From positions 10,352 to 74,351 of IMG/VR virus record IMGVR_UViG_3300025874_000006: a DNA stretch of 64,000 nt; one strand, written 5' to 3'. Position numbers and translations under genes: made by a program. The notes under the pieces are model-generated. The model was not told the DNA's origin. It ran no database searches and worked only from the letters and a program-made list of their open reading frames with translations. Source of the stretch: a virus. Shown here one piece after another: positions 43,481 to 54,378 of this stretch; within the stretch, counting starts at the first letter, position 1; each line of letters begins with the position of its first letter.

Positions 43481-44422
43481 TTAACTATTCCTGTAAATAT
43501 ATTCTAATGCCCTGTCTGCTTCTACAGTCAGGGGTCTGTTCTCATACCAACTACCAGTCTCACGGTCAAACTCTCTACACATATCTGCAATCTGAGTTGC
43601 AGTGATGGGATATCCTTTCGCATAAGCATTACCCGCAATCGCAAGCATTATCTTATACATCCCAGAATACCAACCAGTTTCGTTGATTGTTTGGTACTCG
43701 ATGCCTAATCGTTTAGGCCAGAAAGGACAGTCGCGGTATGACGACCATCTGAAGTCGGTATTATTTAGACTGTCCTTACGGTGTTGAATTACCGCCTGTT
43801 GCATCTCTACTGGAAGCCTGTCTAGGAAGGTATTACCAGTCTTTTCATGGTATGGGTGTTTAGCAATCAGTTCAGAGGTGTTTAGAGAACCCCCTTGGTT
43901 AGTAATAAAGAAAGACTCAGCATCCGGATACTGTGCGGGGACATAATACATGCGAGCGAGGTCTTTGGTCTGTGGGTCACCCAGTTCACCCAACTCAGTA
44001 TTCAGTGCATACCAGAATGCTTTGATGCGGTCATTATCAATATGTTCGTCTAATCGAAATACGATTCTAAACTTGAGATGGTCGTCTCTGCTTGATGCAG
44101 TGTTGTACACAACGTAGTCGTACTGCCCAAAGAGTTCGTGCAGCTGTTGGTTAAGGACTCGTACATTACTAGAGAAATCGTGATCATCAACATCAACGCA
44201 ACACCAACCACCCCAATAGCGAGTAGATTTATTACTACGCGTAGTATCCACTTCGAAAACAGCAGGACTAATAAGAGGACTAGAATTATTTCCACCTTTC
44301 TCTCCTTTCTCTCTATACATTTTTAGTAGGACATTTACGAACTTGTCCCAATCATCAAGAACCATATGGCGATGGGTCTTGTTATCGAACTGATTTTTAA
44401 ATATAGTTAATTCGTAATTCAT
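43481..44422 (-). CDS. Primase/primase-polymerase-like protein
   Basis: DVDD, YNTASS, KFRIVF, DPQTKD..RMYYVP; adjacent to the DNA polymerase. Confidence 0.65.
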   Translation of the reverse strand: MNYELTIFKNQFDNKTHRHMVLDDWDKFVNVLLKMYREKGEKGGNNSSPLISPAVFEVDTTRSNKSTRYWGGWCCVDVDDHDFSSNVRVLNQQLHELFGQYDYVVYNTASSRDDHLKFRIVFRLDEHIDNDRIKAFWYALNTELGELGDPQTKDLARMYYVPAQYPDAESFFITNQGGSLNTSELIAKHPYHEKTGNTFLDRLPVEMQQAVIQHRKDSLNNTDFRWSSYRDCPFWPKRLGIEYQTINETGWYSGMYKIMLAIAGNAYAKGYPITATQIADMCREFDRETGSWYENRPLTVEADRALEYIYRNS

Positions 44423-44453
44423 GTGACCATTATATCATAAAGTTTGGTGTCTG

Positions 44454-46937
44454 TCAACCGAAGAAATCCTCAAGAGAGGCCTGAGGTTCTGCGTCCCATC
44501 CCACCGCATCCAAAATAGGAATCAGAGGGTCTAGGAAAGTCTTGTCAAACATCAGGTCGTAATCAACATATTTGTGGAGACCAAGTTCCTCCGGCAAGTT
44601 GAGAGGATATGACACAACATTCTGACCCAGACGATTAGGCATTTTGAGATAGACGAACTTTATCTTCTCGCCCTGTTTGACAGACTCGTATCGTCGATTG
44701 ATATCATTCTCGACAATCGCATTGTTGTAACACAGGGCACCACGCACATGGATGGGAGTTCCCTTCTTGAAGATAGTTTTGCGGTCTTTCCATTTGGCGA
44801 GATTAGAAACACCACGAGGGAAGGACACATCTTCGGGAGGAAGAGTCTTGAAGTGAGACCGGAAGTCACGAATATATCCTTGAGTGTCTATCTCAGTACC
44901 TTCTACTATAACACGGAAGATTTCCTTGAACTTATCACGGACAACTTGCGGAGTCGACGACTTGATTGCCTCGATACCCATCATCTTGAGTTTGGGAGTT
45001 TTGTACTGGACACCCTCGTTATTGTGCACGTTGAGAATGTATCGTTTCTTAGCCATCCAGATACCACGGTCTGCAATCACCTCACGTCCCATCTCCATGC
45101 GATTCTCATAGGCACCAGTTGCGTCTGCCATAGTCGCATAAGAGTCTGCCAGTACTTTCTCGAAGTGGTCTGCGCATATCTTGTCTAGGAACTTGACAGG
45201 GTTCTTCGGGGCAAACTTCTCGACCAAATCGCCCATGCGAATATACACGGAGTCGGTATCGATTGCGACGACATAGTCTTCATCTGTTTTCAGAACATCT
45301 TGCATCGCACCATTGACCGCACGTTCTGCCCACTTGATTGCCAACTGACCCGCAAGAGTAATAGACTCTGCAACACGCTGATCGAAATATCTAAACCAAC
45401 GATTGCCTAGGGCCCCATAAAGTGAATTCATGAGAATTTTAATGGCCATCTGTTGGTTGTCGAGAGAGGATATCCGGTATTCCAATTCCTTGGACGGATT
45501 AATCTGCATCTCCTGTTGGGCCTTCAACATCTCAGTCTTTATTACACGACGTTCGGAGTAGTACCGCTTAATCACCGTAGGAATAACACCCTCACGGTCA
45601 TGGGTGAATCGAATACCAGTGGGAGCAACAGAGAACCCCCGTTGACCGATATTGACCGAACCGTCGAGGAACTTATCGACAGACACCCCATTTTGGAAAC
45701 CGTCCATAACAGTCTCGGGCGACATATTATATTGTACAATGATGTTTGGATATAGAGAGTTCAAGTCAAACGACGTGACCCAATCATGAGAACCCACCTG
45801 TGGCTCCTTCACATAACCGCCGGGGTATGATGTCTTGGGTTTCTCAACTTTCTTAGGAACCGCAATCTTCTGCTTGTTCAACAGTCGATAGATGATAGTG
45901 TCCCAGATGGCAGTAGTACCCAGAGTGTCGTTGTAGTTCACACCCGCCTTATAGGCCATAGTGAAAATCAAATCAATGAGGTCGAGTTTGACATCTAGGT
46001 TATGTACTAACTCAACGTCCTTCACGTTATAGTCAATAAACTTCTGGTAATCCTTCTCGTATAACGTGTGGAGATTTCCATGTTCAGCATACGAGAGTTT
46101 ACGTTCACCCAACACAACGTGGGAGATATGGTCGAGTCGATATGATTCCTGTTGTCCTAGAGTATTGTAGGTGAACTTCTTGAAGACTTCCAAGTAGTCG
46201 AGTTGTTCGATGCCTTCGAGAATAAACTCTTGGTTCAATTTACCATTGATAGTGGTGTTGCGTTCACGGATGAGTCCCCACGGAGACATGCGTTTTGCTA
46301 GAGTGTCGTCACCAAACAACTTTACCATTCGGTTATGAAGATAGGGAATATCAAAGAATCGTGTGTTCCATCCGGTAATCACGTTAGGCGCATACTCTTC
46401 CATACGACGAACGAACTTGCGTACAAGGTCAATCTCATTGTCGCACTTGATGTATAGAATGTCCTCACGTGTGGTTGTGTAGTCACCACAACCCCAGACC
46501 CAGTAAGTGCCTGTGTTCTCTCGCATACAGATAGCGGTAATAGGATGTGCCGCATCTTCGGGGGCAGGGAAACCATCGGCCGAGAAGACCTCAATATCGA
46601 TGTTAGCGGTCTTGATTAGACTGCGGTCATATTCGATACGATCGGGCCACTCTTCCGCAATGAATTGTGCGACATAGTTAGTATTGCCTGCGATTTCGAA
46701 GTTAGAGACGTTCTCATAACGTTTGTTGAAATCTTTGGCGTCTGACATGGATTCGAAGATAACGGGTTGCATCGGAATACCGTCTAGGGTAGTCCAACCT
46801 TCCTCGCTTTCTCCGGACATGAATAGTGTGGGCTTGAATGGAATACGAGATTTGGTCGCGAGACCGTTTTCGTCATATCCACGGTATAGTAGTTTGTCGC
46901 CATATCGGACGACAGATGTATAGAATTTATTAGACAT
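44454..46937 (-). CDS. 43: Family B DNA polymerase gp43
   Basis: DIE exonuclease motif, [26 protein letters not shown]. Confidence 0.98.
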   Translation of the reverse strand: MSNKFYTSVVRYGDKLLYRGYDENGLATKSRIPFKPTLFMSGESEEGWTTLDGIPMQPVIFESMSDAKDFNKRYENVSNFEIAGNTNYVAQFIAEEWPDRIEYDRSLIKTANIDIEVFSADGFPAPEDAAHPITAICMRENTGTYWVWGCGDYTTTREDILYIKCDNEIDLVRKFVRRMEEYAPNVITGWNTRFFDIPYLHNRMVKLFGDDTLAKRMSPWGLIRERNTTINGKLNQEFILEGIEQLDYLEVFKKFTYNTLGQQESYRLDHISHVVLGERKLSYAEHGNLHTLYEKDYQKFIDYNVKDVELVHNLDVKLDLIDLIFTMAYKAGVNYNDTLGTTAIWDTIIYRLLNKQKIAVPKKVEKPKTSYPGGYVKEPQVGSHDWVTSFDLNSLYPNIIVQYNMSPETVMDGFQNGVSVDKFLDGSVNIGQRGFSVAPTGIRFTHDREGVIPTVIKRYYSERRVIKTEMLKAQQEMQINPSKELEYRISSLDNQQMAIKILMNSLYGALGNRWFRYFDQRVAESITLAGQLAIKWAERAVNGAMQDVLKTDEDYVVAIDTDSVYIRMGDLVEKFAPKNPVKFLDKICADHFEKVLADSYATMADATGAYENRMEMGREVIADRGIWMAKKRYILNVHNNEGVQYKTPKLKMMGIEAIKSSTPQVVRDKFKEIFRVIVEGTEIDTQGYIRDFRSHFKTLPPEDVSFPRGVSNLAKWKDRKTIFKKGTPIHVRGALCYNNAIVENDINRRYESVKQGEKIKFVYLKMPNRLGQNVVSYPLNLPEELGLHKYVDYDLMFDKTFLDPLIPILDAVGWDAEPQASLEDFFG

Positions 46938-46964
46938 ATGTCAATTTCCCAATAGTAAGGACGT

Positions 46965-47000
46965 ATTATAACTGAAAAGGGGGGTCTTGTCAACCCCCCT
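46965..47000 (-). promoter_or_regulatory. gp43 promoter with its -35 box inside the upstream gene's terminator hairpin
   Basis: TTGACA-17-TATAAT at 46965-46993; AGGGGGG..CCCCCCT-TTT stem. Confidence 0.8.
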
Positions 47001-47016
47001 GTTTATAGAACTTAGA

Positions 47017-48048
47017 TCAAACCGTTTCGTCAATCAAATCATCTATTAATACGATATCTTCTCTATTCAAATTCAGAGAATCGACAAGACCATTGGTGTC
47101 TTTTAAGACCCTTTTTGCAATAAGATACGCGATACTAGCCTTTGCGTTACCAGCCAATCTACCTCGAATCACATCCGTTTGTTTAGGGTAAGTAACGGCA
47201 TAGGTCTTAAATGCATCTATAATTTCTTCGGTATCATACGAGAAATCACAATCATCGTTATGTTTGAGAAGATGTGCTAATCCTGTGAGAAAGTATCCTG
47301 ATAAAACCCCAGTTGGGTAAACCGTTCTGATTATCGCCGAAGCAGTTATGAAAGTATCAACGTTTCTTACCCACTCATCTGACATATAACTATGGACATT
47401 CGCCTCAGAGAAATAAACATTGCGAACTTCGACAAATCCACCAAACACTCTACCGCCAGGATTTAACCCCTCAATATCAAGTGCACAGTTCTTGATGAGT
47501 TCAAGAAATTCCAAAGCCTTTGGGTCGCCAAAGACAACTTCCGCAGTGAAAATTTCTTCCGCCTTCATATTTTCGTTATCCGCATTACGAGACTTGAAGT
47601 ATCGTGCTTCTTGTTTCTGACAATCCCTAAGTGTAGAACTCATTGGGTGTATAAACTGAGATGACTTCACATGAGTCAATCCGCATAGTCCAGCCATGAC
47701 GCAACGCCTTAGACCATCCCACACATAACTATTACCACAAGGTCGGATTGCTACATCAATAACCCCAGCTGAGTACATATCATATCCATTCATCTTCTTT
47801 AGTTTATTAACTAACTTTTTAAGACGAAGAATGCGTTGGTAAGTCATATCGACATAAAGTTCCCTTAGAGGAACAACACCAACTTCATTGGGGTTATATT
47901 TAGCGTTGCTTACCATATTGGCCAATGTCTTTGACTTGAAGTTGTCGATTTGCAGGATGGTGTCGATGATTTCCTGAACGGATACAACACCAGTGAGGGT
48001 TGAAAGTGCCCCAGACACTTCACTAAATTTAGTACTTTTACTGATCAT
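47017..48048 (-). CDS. ParB-like N-terminal domain protein (DUF6551-like)
   Basis: VDMTYQR, VWDGLRR, EARYF..N; own promoter TTGCCA-17-TATAAT at 48129-48157. Confidence 0.6.
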   Translation of the reverse strand: MISKSTKFSEVSGALSTLTGVVSVQEIIDTILQIDNFKSKTLANMVSNAKYNPNEVGVVPLRELYVDMTYQRILRLKKLVNKLKKMNGYDMYSAGVIDVAIRPCGNSYVWDGLRRCVMAGLCGLTHVKSSQFIHPMSSTLRDCQKQEARYFKSRNADNENMKAEEIFTAEVVFGDPKALEFLELIKNCALDIEGLNPGGRVFGGFVEVRNVYFSEANVHSYMSDEWVRNVDTFITASAIIRTVYPTGVLSGYFLTGLAHLLKHNDDCDFSYDTEEIIDAFKTYAVTYPKQTDVIRGRLAGNAKASIAYLIAKRVLKDTNGLVDSLNLNREDIVLIDDLIDETV

Positions 48049-48162
48049 AATAATCTCCTAGATTATTTTATTTTTGACATCCGGTATGAATGCCTTACAA
48101 ATGTATATAAACCTTTATATACCCGTTCATTATACAACAATTTTACCTTAATGGCAAGCGTT

Positions 48163-49326
48163 CTATCTGATTATATCAATATCATCAGCATTTACATTCC
48201 ACGTCTCAACTGTTGTGCGTAGTCTGCCTTCGGACTTGAGAGTCTCATATCGTTTAGACGCTTTGTTGCGCCACCACTCAATAACATTCTCAACTTCGAA
48301 TCTGTCAAAGTTTTCTGATGGTTTGATTTCGTCGGTCTTCAAGTTCATGTAGTCCTTGACTGACTGGGCCTCATGACCATACGTACTATAATACGAACGC
48401 TTACGTTCTGTCAATCCTTTCGCATCTACAATTGTCTGACAGAACTTATTATATGAATTATCATCCACACCCTTCAGTGACGCTTTGATGATAGATGCCA
48501 TCTTTGTCTGAGTCTTGAGTTTACGTGACGACGCGTCAGCGGGAACAAGATAGTCACCTTCGTTGCGTTGCTTGAACCAATCATTGAGAGACCGGAACTT
48601 TTCATCATTGATAAGTGGAGCAAAGTTAGAGTCTGTCAAACCACTATGACGTAGGAACGGACGCATACCGTCATACATGGAAGAAGACTTAGTAGACCCA
48701 TAGAGACTAGTTGTTTCGAAAAGACATATGTTCGCATCATACTTTTTGTTAAGCGCACGACGAACTTGATGAGAACAACAGATGGCCGCCAATAATTTTC
48801 CTCCCAAATAATTGAAACCCGCTGGTTGTACAGGAACGATATTGAATCCCATAATAGCGGACTTATTGAAACGACGCATCACGTCTGGATTTATGGTGTC
48901 GAGAGGTGCACCCAACCACTCATTGCGAGGACGAGAGTTGATGGTAGGAGAACCGAAACGAATCATACCGAATATCTGTCCGGTGTTCTTCTCCTTGACC
49001 ATGTAAAGTAGTTGTTTGCCGGGGATTGACGACTCGACTGGAGCGGAAGTTGTTATCTCCATGTAGGTCATGAACTGGTCTTGTCGACACTCGAAGATAG
49101 AGAACTCCATGTCGTTTGGGTGGATGTTGAAATCATCGAAGACATCTGTCTCAGGGCCCATGCCCGGCAAAGAAGCAGGGAAAGTTTTCATCCTATCCAT
49201 CTTTATGGAACGTTGGTATTCGTCAATACGATTGAAACTTCCGAAGAACTCATCGAAGATGTTTGCAGCATATATTGCATCAGTTTGGTTTAGAATCATA
49301 ATAAATCTCTCATTCAGTTGACACAT
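48163..49326 (-). CDS. DUF4338 (DruA-like) protein
   Basis: PGK, VPVQP.GFNYLGGKLLA, TTSLYG...SMY; promoter at 49325-49353. Confidence 0.7.
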   Translation of the reverse strand: MCQLNERFIMILNQTDAIYAANIFDEFFGSFNRIDEYQRSIKMDRMKTFPASLPGMGPETDVFDDFNIHPNDMEFSIFECRQDQFMTYMEITTSAPVESSIPGKQLLYMVKEKNTGQIFGMIRFGSPTINSRPRNEWLGAPLDTINPDVMRRFNKSAIMGFNIVPVQPAGFNYLGGKLLAAICCSHQVRRALNKKYDANICLFETTSLYGSTKSSSMYDGMRPFLRHSGLTDSNFAPLINDEKFRSLNDWFKQRNEGDYLVPADASSRKLKTQTKMASIIKASLKGVDDNSYNKFCQTIVDAKGLTERKRSYYSTYGHEAQSVKDYMNLKTDEIKPSENFDRFEVENVIEWWRNKASKRYETLKSEGRLRTTVETWNVNADDIDIIR

Positions 49327-49349
49327 TATACACTAATATAACGCCCCTG

Positions 49350-50150
49350 TCAATCAATAACTTTAAAAAACTTGTGTCTAGTCCAAGGTTCATCTTGGTT
49401 TTTGTCACTGTATCCGTGATGCTCTTGGGTCACAGACAAACGTTTTGAAATCAACTGAGTAGTTGGTGTCGGAATACCAGTCTTGTGTTTATCTCGTTTA
49501 TTGAAGTAAACTCCAATGTCACGTCCTACGCCTATTGTATCACATTCATTCCAAGGATGCAAGGATGTATTGCGAATTCCGTAATAATCTATTTCTGGTA
49601 GTTCTAGGTGTTTGGTGGTAAACGTTCTGAAAAGACGTTGGAGAACACAATATGGGCCACAGTTGATAGGGAAATCCTTCTGTGTTAACATATAGTGACC
49701 CCAGTGCGCGAAACTCTTGTCCATGCAGTACATACCCATGAACAATCCTATATTCGCGTAGAGTGTGTTCTCTGCGTACTCAGAGAGTAGTTTGAAGGAC
49801 TCGTATCGTTCTTCGAGTAACCAAGTGTCATGTTCCATAATCCAGAACTTCTCGTCAGACTCTCCCTGCTGACGCATAAGTTCCCAGTGAGAACACATGC
49901 CCGCTTTCTCTGAAGGCGAGTGGTCGTCTTTGTCTTTACCTGAGTTTAGGTCTAGAGTCATAAGACTTTTAGACCATGTGTACTTATCCACATGTTCTTG
50001 AAAATCGGGAATTTCTGGTGTTATGGCATCGAAGGTTTCGATGGAGTCGATGTAGCCATCATCGATGGCACGTTGAAAGGAACGTTGAGAGAGATAGGCA
50101 TACTCTTCAGACCGTTCATTACCTTTCATAACAATTTGTATTGCTTTCAT
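49350..50150 (-). CDS. Glycosyltransferase family 25-like protein
   Basis: FDAITP, AGMCSHWELM, IMEHD. Confidence 0.65.
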   Translation of the reverse strand: MKAIQIVMKGNERSEEYAYLSQRSFQRAIDDGYIDSIETFDAITPEIPDFQEHVDKYTWSKSLMTLDLNSGKDKDDHSPSEKAGMCSHWELMRQQGESDEKFWIMEHDTWLLEERYESFKLLSEYAENTLYANIGLFMGMYCMDKSFAHWGHYMLTQKDFPINCGPYCVLQRLFRTFTTKHLELPEIDYYGIRNTSLHPWNECDTIGVGRDIGVYFNKRDKHKTGIPTPTTQLISKRLSVTQEHHGYSDKNQDEPWTRHKFFKVID

Positions 50151-50161
50151 TTTTTACCCAT

Positions 50162-50196
50162 AAAAAAGGAGGAGACACATCGCGTGTACTCCTCCT
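50162..50196 (-). terminator. Intrinsic terminator after the hsp20 operon
   Basis: AGGAGGAG..CTCCTCCT stem followed by a U tract. Confidence 0.8.
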
Positions 50197-50202
50197 ATTT
50201 AT

Positions 50203-50325
50203 TTACATAATAGATGTTATGCAAAGTACTACAGTTACGGTACATACTAGATTGATACCCATAAAACCTAATCTTTCTAGGTCTTCGGAATCACGTCTAG
50301 CCATGTAGGCCTTTATCTGTTGCAT
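50203..50325 (-). CDS. 40-aa membrane peptide (MQQIKAYMARR...CITSIM)
   Basis: GAGGAG RBS; overlaps the hsp20 3' end. Confidence 0.5.
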   Translation of the reverse strand: MQQIKAYMARRDSEDLERLGFMGINLVCTVTVVLCITSIM

Positions 50326-50779
50326 TAATTGTCTCCTCGTTTAATAGTTGCGAGTCTAATGTTTGAGACCCATTGATTTCAACTTTACGAGGCCGCTGAC
50401 TTTCAGGTATTATGACTTCCAAATTAATGGCAAGTAGTCCTTGACTGAAATCAGCTCCCATTACTTCAACATACTCCGACAGCCTAAATTGCCGCTCGAA
50501 CTTCTTCGTTGAAATACCCTTGTGGATATATTCTCTTCCTGTATCTTTGTGCTGCCCTCGAATGGTCAGTGTTCGGTTCTTTACTTCGATTTCTAATTCA
50601 TCCTCGCTGAAACCAGCGATCGCGAGTTCGATTAGGTATTGATCCTTCCCCGTCTTTAATATGTTATGCGGGGGGAATATATCACCCGAGCGCCTTGAGA
50701 TACGGTCTAATTCATCGATCATGGTATCAAAACCGACAAATGCCGAACGCGGAAATAGTTGTTTTGCTGTTAATGTCAT
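50297..50779 (-). CDS. Small heat shock protein (Hsp20/IbpA-like)
   Basis: VGFD, FPPHNI, IELAIAGF, HKGIS.KKF.RQF.L, GLL.I, IPE. Confidence 0.93.
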   Translation of the reverse strand: MTLTAKQLFPRSAFVGFDTMIDELDRISRRSGDIFPPHNILKTGKDQYLIELAIAGFSEDELEIEVKNRTLTIRGQHKDTGREYIHKGISTKKFERQFRLSEYVEVMGADFSQGLLAINLEVIIPESQRPRKVEINGSQTLDSQLLNEETINATDKGLHG

Positions 50780-50968
50780 GTTGTTAACTCCTAGATTATT
50801 TAGCAAGTTTAAAAGGATGCCCGACCATCGGCACATCCGGTACTATATATACAAATTATAAGAATGAAAAGTGAAATATTATCACTTTATTTAATTATCT
50901 TCGATATCTCTGTAAGATATCCAAGAAACAATCGTCGTGGTCTTCTTATAATAAACCACAACGAGTGA

Positions 50969-51508
50969 TTAGTAATAGATTGAAGGGTCTGGGTCACCCT
51001 CTACACCAAATGAGAATGAAACACGAGACTCTCTTGGGAATACTTGGTGGTGAGTTCCACGGGGTAAGTATGCGTACATCCCTGGCTCGAAGTCGAAAGG
51101 TTCGTTATTGTCGATACCTTCCACCTTTAAACCAACCGTGCTGATAACCTGAACCAAAAACACATCCATAGAATCTTTGTGCCAAGGGTATGACCCACTT
51201 GCCCGGCCGAAACCACTGAACGCAATGTTCGTGATTTTGTTTTCGTGTAAAGCAAAGACTTCTTGCATCTCTTCATAAATTCTTCGTGCAAAGTCCGGTG
51301 CACTACCGCGACTGTGAAAAGAGTTTAGTCCAATACGCATTTTGTCCGAATTACGGTCGTAAAGGTCGTTCGGGTGAGAATCCATCATAGTCATAAATTC
51401 ATTCCAGTTATAAGTCGACCCCATATCAAATGGCAGCCGACCTATAAATGGTGTTTTAGTTCGTATGTTTTCTTCTCTATCCTCAAATATTCCATAATTA
51501 TCTGACAT
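50969..51508 (-). CDS. JmjC/cupin-fold protein
   Basis: PWHKD..DVFLVQ, PG...YLPRG..H, R.S.SFG. Confidence 0.75.
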   Translation of the reverse strand: MSDNYGIFEDREENIRTKTPFIGRLPFDMGSTYNWNEFMTMMDSHPNDLYDRNSDKMRIGLNSFHSRGSAPDFARRIYEEMQEVFALHENKITNIAFSGFGRASGSYPWHKDSMDVFLVQVISTVGLKVEGIDNNEPFDFEPGMYAYLPRGTHHQVFPRESRVSFSFGVEGDPDPSIYY

Positions 51509-51513
51509 ACTAC

Positions 51514-51924
51514 TTAGCTATTCCCAATGTTATATTTTGGTTGTAGTGTCCATTCAGACTTATCTCGAAATGAGATAATTTTAATTTGTCTCATTGGAGC
51601 ACAATCACGTGCTACTTCTTTATTCACGATTCCCACTAAACCCCAGTCTGCAAGCAGAGTGGCGATAGTGTTACGTCTTTCCATATCAGACGTTTCTAAG
51701 TTTGACTTCTTACCATCCAACAAGAATAGTTCTTTGAAATGGACGATAAAGTACCTACCCTGTTTATGCAAGATATGGCACGATTGGTATAGAGTATTGT
51801 CTCTTCGAGATGCTACACCTATACGAGTTAATGTTTCTCTGACTTTTAGAAAGTCGTCTGGTTCCGACAGGCTGATTTCCAGCATCATATCAGAGTTCCA
51901 TTGGACAAGATTATTCTCTTCCAC
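51514..51924 (-). CDS. regA: Translational repressor RegA
   Basis: PDDFLKVRETLTRIG, LYQSCHILHKQG.YFIVHFKE, KYNIG. Confidence 0.97.
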   Translation of the reverse strand: MEENNLVQWNSDMMLEISLSEPDDFLKVRETLTRIGVASRRDNTLYQSCHILHKQGRYFIVHFKELFLLDGKKSNLETSDMERRNTIATLLADWGLVGIVNKEVARDCAPMRQIKIISFRDKSEWTLQPKYNIGNS

Positions 51925-52336
51925 CTTTTGCTACCTTTAGTTTGATAGTTTTTATTTGTGATTCCGTTAAGAGCCCTATGACTTGCTTCGCCTTTTGTTC
52001 ACTGTAACCAAAATATTCCTTGATACATTCCATGTCGGCTCTTTGATCAGGTTTGTCCCATTTAGAGAATCGTTTCTTTTTCCTTACAATATTTATAAGA
52101 AAATCGTATTGCATCTTAGCATCTAAGTGATGTAATCTGTTCATTTCATTGGACATGAATACCGTGTCCGGAAAATAAGACAGAGACCTATTAACGACAA
52201 ACCCACTATAGTACTTGGTATTATCTTGGTCTTGGTCAATGAGATTGACTTTAGTATCATTTATACTTTTCAGAAAGTCAAATGGACTTAGTCTACTATT
52301 AATATTCATTTTTACACCACCCGCTTTCATAATCAC
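51911..52336 (-). CDS. 62: Clamp loader small subunit gp62
   Basis: NRSLSYFPDT..NEMN, RKKKRFSKW, YFGYS..KA. Confidence 0.92.
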   Translation of the reverse strand: MIMKAGGVKMNINSRLSPFDFLKSINDTKVNLIDQDQDNTKYYSGFVVNRSLSYFPDTVFMSNEMNRLHHLDAKMQYDFLINIVRKKKRFSKWDKPDQRADMECIKEYFGYSEQKAKQVIGLLTESQIKTIKLKVAKGGRE

Positions 52337-52952
52337 GCCAGTATAGTTTCTTGATGCGGCGTATCTGCTGCTCGGTCAACACATCACCATACATTTTCAA
52401 GGAAGTCTTATTATCCCAAATATCCAACTGGTCGGGAGACAATCCAAGTCCTGAAGATTCGTTTAAGAATACCATAAGTTGAGAAAGTTCGTCAATATGA
52501 ACAATCAGATTATAATCATGCGTACTGTTCATATACCAAGATTGAGTATAAAAATGATTATTTTTAAATAATCCACCTTCAATCTTATCCAAAACAGTGT
52601 CCAACTCTTCATCTAAACTCGGTAGTTCATTCAAACGACCTGATTTAATATACTTCGCTTGGTTGGCCAAAATATATTCACATGCAGATTTAAAACGGTC
52701 TACAGGGTCACGTTTAACTGCTATCCGATAACTATTTTTTCTAAAGGGCATTTCAAACTGACAACTATGGTTTTTAACGCTATCCATTCTATATTTGCGG
52801 CCTACGTACTCATTATGGCCCCGATAGATACGATAAAGTTCTTTGATAGAAGACATGCCGTTTTTAGGACACAGTCTAATATCAATGTTGTTAGGAAAAT
52901 ATAAAATATTATCAGCAGGAGTCATCTCATAATGACGTATGTGAGTTCCCAT
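52299..52952 (-). CDS. Sulfotransferase family 2-like protein
   Basis: PKNGMSS (5'-PSB), RDPVDRFKS (3'-PB), NHF..Q, Y..DY. Confidence 0.75.
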   Translation of the reverse strand: MGTHIRHYEMTPADNILYFPNNIDIRLCPKNGMSSIKELYRIYRGHNEYVGRKYRMDSVKNHSCQFEMPFRKNSYRIAVKRDPVDRFKSACEYILANQAKYIKSGRLNELPSLDEELDTVLDKIEGGLFKNNHFYTQSWYMNSTHDYNLIVHIDELSQLMVFLNESSGLGLSPDQLDIWDNKTSLKMYGDVLTEQQIRRIKKLYWRDYESGWCKNEY

Positions 52953-53897
52953 TTATTGTTTAATCTCCACGTTCGCCATGACTTCAGTCATACATGCGAC
53001 AAGATTCAATTCGTGGTCTGCGACAAATGCATTCTTGTACTGGTAATCCGCGAGGATTAGTACCAGTTGAGGGATACTATTAGGCGCGACATAGTCGTAC
53101 ATCTTATCATAGACACTACGGAAGATTGACGCTGGTTCAACATCGATGTTGTTTACTACCCACGCTCGCATCTTCTTGAAGTTCTTATCACGGATTGCAC
53201 CGAACAACTGAGAGTAGGTATCAGAGATATCTGCACTCGCGCTGTTAGGGACATTGAGTGTACCGGAGACAGAACCTTTCTGGCACTCATTCAGTACGCG
53301 CCTCCAATCTGGAGCATGTTTCATGATGATGTTAGCCAATACGTTTTTATCGTACTCCACACCTTCTTGTTGCAAGATTCTTTGGAGACGCTGCATGAAC
53401 CCGCCACATAGCGAGGTCATAGTTTTCTTGTTGAAGTTAAAGGCGTATTTGGAACACCTTGAATGCAGTGGTTCGATGATGCGGTTCTCGAAGTTACATG
53501 TCATAATAAAACGACAGTTGTTAGAGAACTCTTCAATAAACCCACGGAGAGCGGGTTGCGTTGACTGTGGATTCAGATAGTCTGCCTCATCAAGGATGAC
53601 AACCTTATAACCACCAGATAATGACACCGATGACGCGAACTGTTTAATCTTGCCGCGTAGGGTATCGATGTTGCCCTCTTCAGACCCATTGACAACAATG
53701 TAGTCCAGTTCTAATTCTTCACAGATGGCACGGGCCACTGTGGTCTTACCAGTACCAGCGGTACCAGTGAACATCATATTTAGTATTTCTCCACCGTCTA
53801 CGATGTTCTGAAATGTTTGTTTTAGTTCATCCGGAAGGATTGTTTCAGAAACTTTCTTCGGACGATATTTCTCAACCCACAAAAACTCATTGCTCAT
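52953..53897 (-). CDS. 44: Clamp loader large subunit gp44
   Basis: WVEKYRP, GTAGTGKTT, DEAD, SRC; promoter TTTACA-17-TATAAT at 53935-53963. Confidence 0.97.
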   Translation of the reverse strand: MSNEFLWVEKYRPKKVSETILPDELKQTFQNIVDGGEILNMMFTGTAGTGKTTVARAICEELELDYIVVNGSEEGNIDTLRGKIKQFASSVSLSGGYKVVILDEADYLNPQSTQPALRGFIEEFSNNCRFIMTCNFENRIIEPLHSRCSKYAFNFNKKTMTSLCGGFMQRLQRILQQEGVEYDKNVLANIIMKHAPDWRRVLNECQKGSVSGTLNVPNSASADISDTYSQLFGAIRDKNFKKMRAWVVNNIDVEPASIFRSVYDKMYDYVAPNSIPQLVLILADYQYKNAFVADHELNLVACMTEVMANVEIKQ

Positions 53898-54075
53898 TGT
53901 AACTCCATAATAAAATAATTAAATAACGAGGACTATTATACTACAATAAACCTCTCATGTAAACAACCATTAGACCTTTATTTATCAAAAATGATAGTTT
54001 AAAGGTATGATTTTTTCTGATACGGGTAATACAGATTTTAATTGGAAGGGGTGTCGTTTTAGACACTTTAGGGAA

Positions 54076-54151
54076 TGGAGCCCGCGATAGGAGTCGAACC
54101 TACGACATCCTGATTACAAGTCAGGTGCTCTACCAACTGAGCTACACGGGC
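54076..54151 (-). tRNA. tRNA-Thr(UGU)
   Basis: Cloverleaf, CTTGTAA loop, CCA. Confidence 0.93.
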
Positions 54152-54378
54152 CTTCGTTTCTTACGTTTTTCTGAATATGACCTTATTATATATATGCGGG
54201 TGAACGCAGTAATTGAGAACCAGAAAGTGATTATGTTAGTAATCCAGAATGGATCTGTTATACCCCACTGTTCTATAATTAACCACAGAAAAAATATGTT
54301 GAGCGGATAATTAATCATTGCCCCCGTCAACACATGTACTGCGGACTCTTTAGCAATATTGGAATTTAACTTTAACAA
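54142..54378 (-). CDS. Small two-helix membrane protein
   Basis: TG..INYPLN and R.YIIR motifs; stop codon lies inside tRNA-Thr. Confidence 0.6.
   Translation of the reverse strand: MLKLNSNIAKESAVHVLTGAMINYPLNIFFLWLIIEQWGITDPFWITNIITFWFSITAFTRIYIIRSYSEKRKKRRPV

Noticed and set aside
44454-46937. Intein or intron in gp43, nrdA, nrdB or gp41
   Set aside because: Lengths are normal, frames are continuous and no splicing motifs are seen; the nrdA insert is a glutaredoxin
48163-49326. Complete Druantia defence system
   Set aside because: No DruE helicase or other Dru genes nearby
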